Assembly (NCBI GenBank): GCA_965242695.1 | Contig: CBDESU010000002.1 | Location: 1,568,001-1,632,000, forward strand | Source of the DNA: Cenarchaeum sp. | GTDB lineage: Archaea > Thermoproteota > Nitrososphaeria > Nitrososphaerales > Nitrosopumilaceae | DNA: 64,000 bases | Direction of reading: 5' to 3' | Shown here: positions 48,717-58,320 of the stretch, in pieces | Layout of the letters: each line of letters starts with the position of its first letter | Position numbering within the stretch: position 1 is the stretch's first letter | Program-made: the position numbers and the translations under genes | The notes under the pieces: model-generated | Seen by the model: the letters and a program-made list of their open reading frames with translations, nothing else | Told to the model about the DNA's origin: nothing | Database searches by the model: none

Positions 48717-50744
48717 TTGGGAGACCGCATCGTACTCGACACAAGCATCATTGTCAACGGCGAGACCGTGCGGATGATCGACAGGGGCATGTTCGACGGC
48801 GCAGAGGTAGTCATACCAGAGGCCGTCGTCGACGAGCTCCAGTCGCAGGCGTCGCAAAAGCAGGAGCAGGGGTTCGTCGGGTTGCGCGAGATCAAAAAGA
48901 TCCGCGACCTTGCGCCCAACCGCGGCATGACCGTCCGCTTCGAGGGGTCGCGCCCGACGGCCGACGACATACTGCTCTCCGACAGGGGGCGCATCGACGC
49001 CGTCATAAAGGACGCCGCGCGCGACGGCGGCTCGACCCTGTACACGTCCGACAGGGTCCAGGCGATGGTCGCCGAGGCCGAGGGGATCGAGACGCAGCTC
49101 GTCAGGCAGCGCGGCAGGGAGAGGGAGCTCGAATTCACGGGGTTCTTTGATGCCACTACGATGAGCGTCCACCTCAAGGAGGGCCTGCCCCCAAAGGCCA
49201 AGCGGGGCAAGCCCGGCGCGTTCACGCTCGACGACATCGGCGATGCGCCGCTCACGAGGGACCGCATGCGCGGGATCGCCGCCGAGATACTAGAGGCGTC
49301 CAGGTCAGAGGGGGCCGACACCGAGATATCGCGCCCCGGCGCGCTCGTCGTCCAGTACGGCGACTACCGCATCGCCATGACGCAGCCGCCATTCTCGGAC
49401 GGGCACGAGATCACCATAGTCCACCCGATCGTAAAGATGTCGCTCGGCGACTACGGCGTCTCGGAAAAGCTCATGGCGCGGCTCTCGGAAAAGGCCGAGG
49501 GCGTGCTTATATCCGGCCCCCCCGGGTCGGGCAAGAGCACGCTCGCCTCGGGCCTTGCAAACTTTTACCACTCGCGCGGCCGCGTCGTAAAGACGTTCGA
49601 GTCGCCGCGCGACCTCCAGGTCGAGCCAGGGATCACGCAGTATACAAAGCTCGACGGCAGCTTTGAGAATACGGCAGACATACTGCTGCTCGTGCGCCCT
49701 GACTACACCATATTCGACGAGGTGCGGCGCGTCGAGGACTTTGCAGTGTTCTCGGACCTGAGGCTCACCGGGGTCGGCATGGTCGGGGTCGTCCACGCCA
49801 ACGCGCCGCTCGACGCCGTCCAGCGGTTCATCGGCAAGATAGAGCTCGGGATGATACCGAGCGTGCTAGACACCGTCGTGTTCGTAAAGGACGGCGCGAT
49901 AGAAAAGGCGTACGAGCTAGAGCTGATGGTAAAGGTGCCCTCTGGGATGACAGAGCAGGACCTTGCGCGGCCGGTCATCGTGGTGAGCGACTTTGAGGCG
50001 GGCGTGCCCGAGTACGAGATATACACGTTCGGCGAGGAGAATGTCATCGTCCCCGTGCAGGATTCGGGCAAGGGAGGCAAGGGCGGCGGCGAGAAGAGCG
50101 GCATGGCGCGGCTAGCCGAGCAGCGCATCGGCGAGACGTTTCGGCGGTTCGACCCGGGGGCCCGCGTCGAGATAGTCTCGGACGGCAGGGCCAAGGTCAC
50201 GGTCGCCAAGAGGCACGTGGCAAGGATAATCGGCAGGGGCGGCTCGAACATCGCCGAGCTTGAAAAGGCGCTCGGCGTGCGCCTCGACATCGACGGCGTC
50301 GAGGGCGGCGGCGAGGACGACGGCGGCGGGCCGATCACGCTCGGCGGCTACGCGGGGCGCGACGGCGGCGGCAGGGACAGGGGCCGCGGCAGGGGGCGCG
50401 GCCGCGGCAGGGACAGGGACAGGGGCCGCTACGGCGACGAGTACGGCGGCGGCGACGGCGGAGACGACGGCGGCGGCGACGGGGAATATGGCGATCCCGG
50501 CGCGGACCGCGGGCCAGAGATACAGTTCACATTCTCGGAGACCCGCATGGGAACGGTGCTGACCGTCGGCCGCGAGCACATCGGCAGCCGCGCGTCCGTG
50601 TTCGTCGGCGGGCAGTACGTCGACTCGCCAAAGATCACGCACAAGGGGCAGCTAAAGTTCCCGCGCCACTCGCCGCAGGGCCGCCGCTTCGCCGAGATGC
50701 TCACCTCGCCTGGCGACATACGCGTGTACCTCAGAGCCTCCTGA
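48717..50744 (+). CDS. PINc/VapC-family ATPase with KH domain (PINA-like)
   Basis: IVLDTSII PIN domain, GPPGSGKST Walker A, IFDEVR, FESPRDLQ, IIGRGG KH motif. Confidence 0.9.
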   Translation: MGDRIVLDTSIIVNGETVRMIDRGMFDGAEVVIPEAVVDELQSQASQKQEQGFVGLREIKKIRDLAPNRGMTVRFEGSRPTADDILLSDRGRIDAVIKDAARDGGSTLYTSDRVQAMVAEAEGIETQLVRQRGRERELEFTGFFDATTMSVHLKEGLPPKAKRGKPGAFTLDDIGDAPLTRDRMRGIAAEILEASRSEGADTEISRPGALVVQYGDYRIAMTQPPFSDGHEITIVHPIVKMSLGDYGVSEKLMARLSEKAEGVLISGPPGSGKSTLASGLANFYHSRGRVVKTFESPRDLQVEPGITQYTKLDGSFENTADILLLVRPDYTIFDEVRRVEDFAVFSDLRLTGVGMVGVVHANAPLDAVQRFIGKIELGMIPSVLDTVVFVKDGAIEKAYELELMVKVPSGMTEQDLARPVIVVSDFEAGVPEYEIYTFGEENVIVPVQDSGKGGKGGGEKSGMARLAEQRIGETFRRFDPGARVEIVSDGRAKVTVAKRHVARIIGRGGSNIAELEKALGVRLDIDGVEGGGEDDGGGPITLGGYAGRDGGGRDRGRGRGRGRGRDRDRGRYGDEYGGGDGGDDGGGDGEYGDPGADRGPEIQFTFSETRMGTVLTVGREHIGSRASVFVGGQYVDSPKITHKGQLKFPRHSPQGRRFAEMLTSPGDIRVYLRAS

Positions 50745-51330
50745 ACTCGGCGAGCACGTCCGGGTGCGACCGCAGGTAGGTCGTGAACTTGCGCAGCTGC
50801 CTCGTCGTCTTCTCGTCGAGGTGGTGCTCGATGCCCTCGGCGTCGCGGTCGGCCGCGTCGCGCGCCACGCCGAGCACCTCCAAAAACTCGAGGAGTATGC
50901 CGTGCTTTTGGCGGACCGCCTCGGCCAGGCGCGCGCCGGCCGCGGTGAGGCGTATGCCGTGGTACTTTTCGTACTCTAGGTGGCCGTTCTCGTCGAGGCG
51001 CTGCAGCATCCTCGTGACGCTCGGCGCGCTCACCCCCATATGCCTCGATATGTCCAGGGTCGTCGCGTACCCCTTGAGCTCGACGAGCTCGGCGATGACC
51101 TCTAGGTAGTCCTCGGTGCGCGTCGTCGGCTTTCTGCTCTCGGACTCGTGGACGGCCCTGATGGACTCTAGGCGCGAGCCGCCGCCGCTGTCTCCGCCGC
51201 CGTCGGAGCCGCGCCGCGCCCTGCCGCGGCCTCTGCCCGCCCCGGGCTCTCCAGCCGCGGTCCTGGCGTCCCCGGGGCCGCCCCCGCGCCCCTGCCGACC
51301 CCTCGGCCCGCCCCGAGCGCCCGCTCCCAT
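50731..51330 (-). CDS. DtxR/MntR-family metal-dependent transcriptional regulator
   Basis: EDYLEVI...VSAPSVTRMLQRL...LT..G...KHGILLEFL...AEGIEHHL. Confidence 0.9.
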   Translation of the reverse strand: MGAGARGGPRGRQGRGGGPGDARTAAGEPGAGRGRGRARRGSDGGGDSGGGSRLESIRAVHESESRKPTTRTEDYLEVIAELVELKGYATTLDISRHMGVSAPSVTRMLQRLDENGHLEYEKYHGIRLTAAGARLAEAVRQKHGILLEFLEVLGVARDAADRDAEGIEHHLDEKTTRQLRKFTTYLRSHPDVLAEFRRL

Positions 51331-51465
51331 GCCGACGGGGCCGGCGAAGGGGTATAATTTGCTGCCCCCGCGGCCGTCCCCCGCGCCCCTTGTCAAGGGC
51401 GCTGGACGCGCAGGCCAAAAGATCCTGACAAGCGCCCTCTACCCCATGCGCGGCGGAATGGGGGC

Positions 51466-51825
51466 ATGCCAGACGAGATGAGGGAGCGCCTGGACGCGAT
51501 GCGCGCCTACTCGGAGTCGCTGCGCCGGCGCGCCGGCCTGTACAGGGAGATGGCCGAGATGGGCGGCGAGGGGACGGCCCGCTCGCTCGGCGCGCTGCAG
51601 CGCGCGCCCGCCCCGGGTCGCAAGCTGCAAAAGATCGGCTTCATCATGCTCTGGATACCCGAGCCGACGGGGGCGACGATAGCGGCCGGTGCGCCGATGA
51701 TCCTGGCCGGCCGCTACCTGGACAAGAGGTACAACGGGGCCACCATAAAGGACATCGGGGAGCAGGCGCGGAGCGCCGGCGCCGAGATGTCCAGCTTTAG
51801 GGACACGGCGATGCGGCGGCTGTAG
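51466..51825 (+). CDS. Conserved hypothetical membrane-associated protein
   Basis: 119-aa coding-like ORF with hydrophobic hairpin IGFIMLWIPEPTGATIAAGAPMILAG. Confidence 0.6.
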   Translation: MPDEMRERLDAMRAYSESLRRRAGLYREMAEMGGEGTARSLGALQRAPAPGRKLQKIGFIMLWIPEPTGATIAAGAPMILAGRYLDKRYNGATIKDIGEQARSAGAEMSSFRDTAMRRL

Positions 51826-51983
51826 GGGCCACCGCCGTCCCTCCCCGTCCGCTTCGGCCAAGGGGGCGCCGGTGCGGGGCCCTGCACGCGCCGCCCGCGT
51901 AGCCGCCGGGGGCCACCGGGCGGGCATCCCGCCCGGGCCGCCCAGAGGCTTGGATATTATACGGCCGGTGCGGCCCCGCCCGC

Positions 51984-52865
51984 ATGGCCACGCGCCTGCA
52001 GGTGCTCGTACCGATCTCGGCGGCCGCGGTGATCGTCGGCGTGGCCGGAATCCTGACGATACCGAGCGACTCGAAGCTAGAGTCGACCGAGTTCCCGCGC
52101 GGCACGGTACTGGTCGACGGCAGCGCGATCGAGGTGCAGGTGGCAAGCACTGCGCCGCAGCGCGCAAGGGGGCTCATGTTCCAGGAAGAGCTGCCGCCGG
52201 GCGAGGGCATGCTGTACATTCACGACGAACCGGGCGAGCATGCAAGGTGGATGCTCAACATGCAGTTTGCCGTCGATGCGGCCTGGTTCGATGCGGACGG
52301 CCGCGCCGTGCACGTCGAGCGGGACGTGCAGCCGTGCAAGTCGGCGCTCGAGCAGGCCACGTGCACGGCCGTCAACCCCGCCGCCGAGGCGCTGTACATA
52401 CTGGAGGTGCCGGCCGGCCGCGCCGCCGAGCTCGGGATCGAAATAGGCTCGCGCCTGGATGTAGTCGAGGATGCGGCGTTCCCGCGCGGGACCGTCAGCG
52501 TCGGCGGGGTCGTAATCGAGGTGCAGGTAGCCGACACGCCCGAGCTGCGCTCGCGCGGCCTCCAGTTCCAGGACGCCCTGCCCTACGACGAGGGCATGCT
52601 GTTCGTCCACGACCGGCAGGGCGCGTACTCTATGTGGATGCCGAACATGAGGTTTGCACTAGACATGATGTGGTTCGACGCCGACGGGCGCGCGGTGCAC
52701 ATCGAGCGCGGCGTGCCGCCGTGCGGTCCCGACGTGTCCTCTACGGGGCGTTGCCCGTCGTACGGGCCGGGCGATGCGGCCCTGTACGTACTGGAGGCGA
52801 CGGCCGGCTTTGCCGACATGCACGGGATCGACGGCTCCTCGCGGCTCGAGATCATCTCTGTATAG
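51984..52865 (+). CDS. Tandem DUF192-domain protein with N-terminal anchor
   Basis: Two copies of EVQVAxT...RxRGLxF...EGML...WMxNMxFxxD...LYxLE. Confidence 0.88.
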   Translation: MATRLQVLVPISAAAVIVGVAGILTIPSDSKLESTEFPRGTVLVDGSAIEVQVASTAPQRARGLMFQEELPPGEGMLYIHDEPGEHARWMLNMQFAVDAAWFDADGRAVHVERDVQPCKSALEQATCTAVNPAAEALYILEVPAGRAAELGIEIGSRLDVVEDAAFPRGTVSVGGVVIEVQVADTPELRSRGLQFQDALPYDEGMLFVHDRQGAYSMWMPNMRFALDMMWFDADGRAVHIERGVPPCGPDVSSTGRCPSYGPGDAALYVLEATAGFADMHGIDGSSRLEIISV

Positions 52866-53102
52866 GCGGCGCCCTGCAGGGGGCGGGGACATGGCGCCGC
52901 GCGCCGGCGATCGCGCCCGCTTGTGATCGGGACCGCGGCCTGCCGGTCCTGCCGGATTTTTCGCACCTGCAGGCCGGCGCGGGCGCGCCAGCAGCGCGGC
53001 GGGCTGAAGCGGTCGGCTCGCATTTGCGGGACGCCCGCGCCTGCGCTCCGTTGCCGGCCCCCTGCGCCTAGAATTTTATAGCGCCCCCGCGGGCGGCCCA
53101 TA

Positions 53103-53176
53103 GGGCCCGTAACTCAGCTTGGTAGAGTAACCGACTCATAATCGGTGAGCCGTGAGATCGAAGCTCGCCGGGCCCA
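53103..53176 (+). tRNA. tRNA with CAT anticodon, probably tRNA-Ile2
   Basis: Acceptor GGGCCCG/CGGGCCC with A discriminator (Ile-type), D stem ACTC/GAGT, anticodon stem ACCGA/TCGGT, CAT at 53137-53139; TTTTATA at 53074. Ile versus Met identity is inferred. Confidence 0.88.
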
Positions 53177-53233
53177 CCTCCTTCCCCTGCCGCGCCGGGC
53201 GCCGCCGGTGCCGATCTTGGGCGCGCGCCGCCT

Positions 53234-55405
53234 TCAACTCTTGGCCTTGCTGTACTGCAGCGCCCTCAGGACCTCGGTGTAGTCCTCGTCGCTGTACAGC
53301 TCTTTGACCGCGGCCTTTTTGTCGAGCACCCTTGCCGATCCGTCGAGCATCGACACGATCCACCTGGCATCGGCCGGCCCGAGCACCATGGTGACATGGC
53401 CGCACTCTGACTTGTCGATGCCCTCGCGCCATATCGGGAACGCAAAGAAGTCGTAGTCGTTCGCTAGGAGGATGGATGCCCGCTCCTCGGACTCCTTCAT
53501 GGCTATGGCCAGTATCTGCTGGTCCTTGTCCGCCGCCGATCTGAGGTGGCGCAGCAGCTCCTTCAGGTCCTCCTCCCCTCCATCCCCTCCGTGCCTTGCG
53601 ATGGCGCCCCTCGACGTGCGCCTTCCCTTCGTCCCGTCCACCTCTTCCTTCCGGGGCATTCCCATCTTGTCCAGTATGGCGCCGATCCTGGCCCCCTCCG
53701 CATCGCCCGCACGCTCGGGGTCGGCCCACCTGAACTTCCTGTCGATCCACCTGATCGACTCGTCGCTGAGCGGGTCGTCGACAAGCTGCCCCCTGAGGTC
53801 GTCAATGGCCTTTTCGTACCCCTCGTACCCGTATACCGTCTCAAACGCCCTCAGGCTCGCGCCGGCATATTCCTTGGTCCCCTGCCATACGCTGTCGCGC
53901 TCGGGGAGAAGCAGGTCGTCCCTGCGGAGGTCGACGTAGTCTAGCTGCGGCCCGTAAAAGCCGGGGTTTTCCAGCTCGCCTTTGCTTCGCTTCTTGTGGT
54001 TTAGGACCACGCTCGTGTCCAGTACCACGCGCATGCCGCCGCGCGCCGCGCGGCGCGGCGCGGCGGCCGGCGGCTTGGGTGCGCGCCGGGAAGCGGCCGC
54101 ACCCGCGGGAGCGCCGGCCGGCGGCACGGGCACGGCGCCTGCACCGGGAGCCTTCGGCCTGCGCGCCACGGGCCTGCGCGCCACGGGCCTCTTGTCCTCT
54201 ACGGGACGGCTCCCTTTCGAGCCAGACGCCCTCCGCACTGCAACTGCGACGACGACCGCAACGACCGCCGCCACGGCGACGGCCGCCGCCAGCACCATGG
54301 CGGTGTCTAGGCCCGTGCTTGGATATGCTTGCCCACCTGCGGCTTCTTCCCGGGGCGAATGCGCGGCGCTGGACGGTGCGCCCCTTTCCGCCCCTTCAGA
54401 CTCCCGCGGCGCGGCATCCGGCGGCCCGGGCTCGCCGCCGGGCGCGGGGACTGCAGGGCTGGCCGGAGCGGACGCTGCCGGCCCCTCGACCTGTCGCCGA
54501 TCCTCCGATGGTGCGGCCTCGACCTCCCGCTCGGGCGCCTGCATCGCCGCGCCGCCGCCCGCATCGCCAGACTCGACCCAGAACGGGGCGCGCGCAAGCT
54601 GGCCGGCTCCGGTGACGACCGCCGTGTACTCGCCATCGCCGCCCCACCGCCCGCCGGGGGGCATTATGGTCGCCGAGTAGGTGCCCGCGGTGCTGGTCGT
54701 GAGCACCCCCGAGTACACAACGCCGGCCGACGGGCCGGCGACGTCGATGCGCAGGCGCACCCCAGCGCCTGCGCCCTCGGCGGTGCCGTGCACCGTGACG
54801 GCCGCATCGGGCGAGTAGATGGGCCTTGACACGCTCGCCGACAGGCCCAGGATGGAGCCGGACGCATCTGCTGCGCCGGGATCATCCCCGGCAGCCTCTC
54901 CGCGCGCCGGCGCGGCCGCGGCGGGAACCTGCGGGGGGCGCACGACCTCAAAGTACACGGTGCCCAGGGATGCGCCCCCGTGCGATGCCGACACCTTGTA
55001 CCTGCCGGGCCTCGAGTCGGCCCCTGTGGGGAACGGCTTGTCGAGCTGGTACGGGACGGCAAAGTGGCCGCCGCGCGTGGCCAGTGCGGACTGCTCGGAC
55101 CTGGACGAGTCGGGCAGCGTCACGACGACGTCGACCTGCCTGCGCTCGCCGGACTCGGCGAACATCTGGCCGGTTATCCTGACCGTGACGGGAGTGTGCC
55201 TCTCGAGGACATAGATGGTCTCCTCGACGGCTAGCCTGCCGTGCCGGGTCTCGTCGTGCCCCTGGGCCCAGGCCTGGTGCGGCGCCGCGGCGGCCACCAT
55301 TCCGAGTACTGTCGCGAATGCGACGGCGGCGAACAGGGCCGGTAGCAGTGTGTGCATCGGCGCCTGGCGCGGCGCGCCGCGGCCGACTGCGCCGATCCTG
55401 CCCAT
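53234..55405 (-). CDS. Signal peptide + Ig-like ectodomains + TM helix + cytoplasmic PIN-like domain
   Basis: N-terminal signal (...HQAWA), two beta-sandwich domains, Pro/Ala linker, TM MVLAAAVAVAAVVAVVVAVAV-RR, then VVLDTSVV...KDQQILAIA...LLANDYDF. Confidence 0.75.
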   Translation of the reverse strand: MGRIGAVGRGAPRQAPMHTLLPALFAAVAFATVLGMVAAAAPHQAWAQGHDETRHGRLAVEETIYVLERHTPVTVRITGQMFAESGERRQVDVVVTLPDSSRSEQSALATRGGHFAVPYQLDKPFPTGADSRPGRYKVSASHGGASLGTVYFEVVRPPQVPAAAAPARGEAAGDDPGAADASGSILGLSASVSRPIYSPDAAVTVHGTAEGAGAGVRLRIDVAGPSAGVVYSGVLTTSTAGTYSATIMPPGGRWGGDGEYTAVVTGAGQLARAPFWVESGDAGGGAAMQAPEREVEAAPSEDRRQVEGPAASAPASPAVPAPGGEPGPPDAAPRESEGAERGAPSSAAHSPREEAAGGQAYPSTGLDTAMVLAAAVAVAAVVAVVVAVAVRRASGSKGSRPVEDKRPVARRPVARRPKAPGAGAVPVPPAGAPAGAAASRRAPKPPAAAPRRAARGGMRVVLDTSVVLNHKKRSKGELENPGFYGPQLDYVDLRRDDLLLPERDSVWQGTKEYAGASLRAFETVYGYEGYEKAIDDLRGQLVDDPLSDESIRWIDRKFRWADPERAGDAEGARIGAILDKMGMPRKEEVDGTKGRRTSRGAIARHGGDGGEEDLKELLRHLRSAADKDQQILAIAMKESEERASILLANDYDFFAFPIWREGIDKSECGHVTMVLGPADARWIVSMLDGSARVLDKKAAVKELYSDEDYTEVLRALQYSKAKS

Positions 55406-56069
55406 CGGCGGGCCCCGCCGAGGCGGCTAAAAACCTTGCCGGCCGCACTCGCACGGGGGGGGGGGGGGGGGGGGCGCAGCCATGGGCAGGCGCTGCGAGA
55501 TCTCCACCGCGTATCTTGCAGGACGGCGGATGCGCCTGCGTGGCGCGGCCGCGGACCGTCGGGATGGGCGTCCCGCCGGTGCGGGCGCACCCGCAGCATC
55601 CATCGACCCTGCGCCCCCCGCGGCCTGGGACGGGCCCTTCCTGGATGCTGCGCCGCCGACGGTTTAAAGGCGCCTGCGGTGCGGCCCGCCCGCGGCGCGA
55701 TGAAGAATCAGAGTTATGCCTGACGCAATGATGAAAAGGCATTTGACCGAGCTGCCGCAACCGCCGCCCCGATGCGCCCGCAACCGCCGTACGGCGCGGC
55801 CCGGGCGGGCTCGCGCAACGGCGGAGACTGCGCGCGGCCGCTGCAGCCGGGGAGTGCGCCGGATGCATGCGCCCGCATCTGCGACTTCCTACGGCCGAGG
55901 GCCCGCCGAACGCAACGGGCCGAAGAGGCGGGGCCAGGCTGCGCGCGCCGCACCGGGCGCGGCGGCTGAGCTCTTCCGCGGGCCTGGGCCTGGATGCCAG
56001 CATGCGCATGCGCGACTTTCTCACGCCTACGCGAAGGGTATATGGCCAACCGGTATGCGGCACTTCTTG

Positions 56070-56255
56070 ATGATGAGGGAGGTCAAGCCGCTCAGCGACC
56101 GGCAGTGGACCATGGTCATAGAGCAGCTGAGGGAGGGCCCTACACCCGAGATGAGGCGCACCCTCCAGATGGCTAGGGAGCAGGCCAAGTACGTGAAGGA
56201 GATCGATCATGAAGAGGTTGAAAGGCGCCGCAGGCGAGCAGCGGAAGAGTCCTGA
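56070..56255 (+). CDS. Putative antitoxin partner of GNAT toxin
   Basis: 61 aa; LSDRQW..VIEQL..GPTP resembles the C-terminal motif of DUF1778-type antitoxins; overlaps the GNAT gene; TATAT at 56039. Confidence 0.55.
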   Translation: MMREVKPLSDRQWTMVIEQLREGPTPEMRRTLQMAREQAKYVKEIDHEEVERRRRRAAEES

Positions 56256-56775
56256 GATTTCTCTGGTGCGCGCCGGCACTGATCCCGACCCAAACTTCGA
56301 TTGCCGAAACCCCGAGTTCAACGACTACTACAGGGTCGCTTCCTATAGTGACATGGAAGAGGGCCTGAACCGAACATGGCGGCATATTGGCGACGAGGGG
56401 GCCGCGCTCGTCCACATCTCGGTCGCGGCGGCGCACCTGCGCCCCGGCCGCGACCCTGCCCTGCGGGGGATGGGCTACGGCAACATCCCCGCACCCCTCG
56501 CCGGCTGCCTTGCCACGGACAAGGGCCACGAGCGGCAGGGGGTGGCCGCCAAGCTTTTGCTGTGGTCAATCGAAGAGGCGATGCGCCTGTCGGAGAGGAT
56601 CGGATGCCGCATCGTCATGCTCAACCCCCTCGACGATCCCGACACCATGCGATTCTATCGCAACCTTGGCTTTAGGTACATGCCAGCTGGCAATGGCGAG
56701 GATGATGTATTCTATATTGATATACAGGACAAGATTAGGGCTGACGCCCGCCCCCTGCCGGCCAATACGGCCTAA
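56209..56775 (+). CDS. GNAT-family acetyltransferase, TA-toxin type
   Basis: FDC.N..FNDY, IPA....LATDKGHERQGVA, IGCR, FYRNLGF. Confidence 0.8.
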   Translation: MKRLKGAAGEQRKSPEISLVRAGTDPDPNFDCRNPEFNDYYRVASYSDMEEGLNRTWRHIGDEGAALVHISVAAAHLRPGRDPALRGMGYGNIPAPLAGCLATDKGHERQGVAAKLLLWSIEEAMRLSERIGCRIVMLNPLDDPDTMRFYRNLGFRYMPAGNGEDDVFYIDIQDKIRADARPLPANTA

Positions 56776-57169
56776 CCATGATCACCAGCTTTCCGGCGCG
56801 CCTCGACATCCGTGCCTGCCTCTGACCTGTTGTGCGGTTGACCTACGGCGCTTCGCCGGTGCAGGCGTATGAAGTGTGGGCGGGCAAAGAAGGGCATTGG
56901 AAGTTGCCCTGCCGTTCGTAGTCGCAGCCGTAGCCATGCCGGCTTGGCACCTGCATGGAGTCGATCGCACTGACACTGGACGCATCAGCGCCGTGGCGAG
57001 CCGCGCCGGCTCGCCCCCGGGCCACGCCCCGTGCATATTCCGGTCTCTGGCAAACGACGCGCTCGCCTAGGGCGGACAGGGCGAAGTTGACGCTGGAGAC
57101 CTGAATGTCTACGCATGCGGCATCGGACTCCCCCGTTGGGTTTATTTTCAGAGCGGCGCGCCCCCCGCC

Positions 57170-58318
57170 GTGCCCGAGATCTGGCTCAACTACGGCTCGT
57201 CGAACGTCGTAGTCGACGTGAGGGCCGAGAACCTGGGCGAGACGATATCGGGGGGGCCCGCGGGTGCGCTAGAGGGCGAGGCGCTCGAAAAGGAGATCGA
57301 CGGCATGATCGACCTCTCTGCACCCGCCGAGATGGCCGTCCTGCACAGCACGCCGGCCGTCCATGCGCTGCTCAACTCCGTTCTCGGCATGTGCGAGCGC
57401 AGGTCGGTTGCGCCGCCGCGGATCGTCGCCGACCGGTGGGTGGCAGCGCCCCTGCGCGCCGCGCTCGCAGAGGGGGCGCGCGTCGAGTCCGGGGCGGTCC
57501 CGCAGGTCGGCGGGGATGCCGGGGGCGGGGGCCGCGACGGCGGCGGGGGCGGGCAGCCCTCGCGCACGACCTACTTTGTCGCCGAGGCCGAGCTCGACGG
57601 GCTGTTCGGGTACGAGACGGTCGCCACGCGCCTTGCGCGCCGGTTCGGCCGCGACGACGTAATGCTAGCGGCGTACGCAAAGCGGCGCGGCCCGGCGCCC
57701 GCCCCCGGCGAGGACGCGGCAGCGGCCGGCGAGGCGCGGCAGTTTGCCGACCGGTTCGAGGTTCGCGCGCTAGACATAGTGGCCGGGCCGGCGGGGATAT
57801 CGCACGTGAGGGCGGGCCACCCGTCCGAGACGTCGCGCGAGGTGCCGCGCCTGCTAGAGGCGGCCGCCGTGCGCGACGGCGCGGCCGGAAGGCACCGGTC
57901 GCTCATTGCAAGCACGGGCAAGGCGGCAAGCAACGACACGCTTGCGCGCTCGCTGTCGTCGCTGTGGAACTGCCGCGCGGCCGTCCCAAAGGGCGGCCTT
58001 GTCGTCCTGCTCGCCGAGTGCGGGCGCGGGACCGGCGCCGAGGCCGTGCAGCGGTTCGTCGAGGGGCGCCTCGACGTGGCCGACCTGCGCCGGCCGTCCC
58101 GGTACATCGACGGGATGGAGTCGCTGCTGTTCCTGGAGGAGGCGAAGCGGGACATCCAGGTCGGAATAGTCTCGGTCCTGCCGGACCTGTACACGAGGCG
58201 GCTCGGCCTCGTGCCGCTCGCCGGCGCCAGGACCGCACTCGAGTACACCCTGTCGACGATGGGGCAGAGGCACAAGGTGTCGGTCCTGCCGGATGCGGCC
58301 CGCTCGCTGCTGCGGTAG
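57170..58318 (+). CDS. LarA/DUF2088-like conserved thaumarchaeal protein
   Basis: MPEIWLNYG N-terminus, GGLVVLLAECxxGxG and terminal VLPDA, as in lactate-racemase-like folds; function not established. Confidence 0.6.
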   Translation: MPEIWLNYGSSNVVVDVRAENLGETISGGPAGALEGEALEKEIDGMIDLSAPAEMAVLHSTPAVHALLNSVLGMCERRSVAPPRIVADRWVAAPLRAALAEGARVESGAVPQVGGDAGGGGRDGGGGGQPSRTTYFVAEAELDGLFGYETVATRLARRFGRDDVMLAAYAKRRGPAPAPGEDAAAAGEARQFADRFEVRALDIVAGPAGISHVRAGHPSETSREVPRLLEAAAVRDGAAGRHRSLIASTGKAASNDTLARSLSSLWNCRAAVPKGGLVVLLAECGRGTGAEAVQRFVEGRLDVADLRRPSRYIDGMESLLFLEEAKRDIQVGIVSVLPDLYTRRLGLVPLAGARTALEYTLSTMGQRHKVSVLPDAARSLLR

Positions 58319-58320
58319 GC

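Noticed and set aside
48717-50744. PINc-ATPase as part of the expanded PIN effector set
   Set aside because: It is the conserved archaeal PIN-ATPase-KH protein and lacks the W-x-x-(R/K)-K insert.
57009-57025. Degenerate copy of the tRNA 3' end as an attR site
   Set aside because: Short gapped match in GC-rich DNA and no integrase nearby.
57066-57077. CCTAGGGCGGAC match to the ncRNA core
   Set aside because: Only 12 nt, with no partner stems, TATA box or adjacent DUF3800-like gene.
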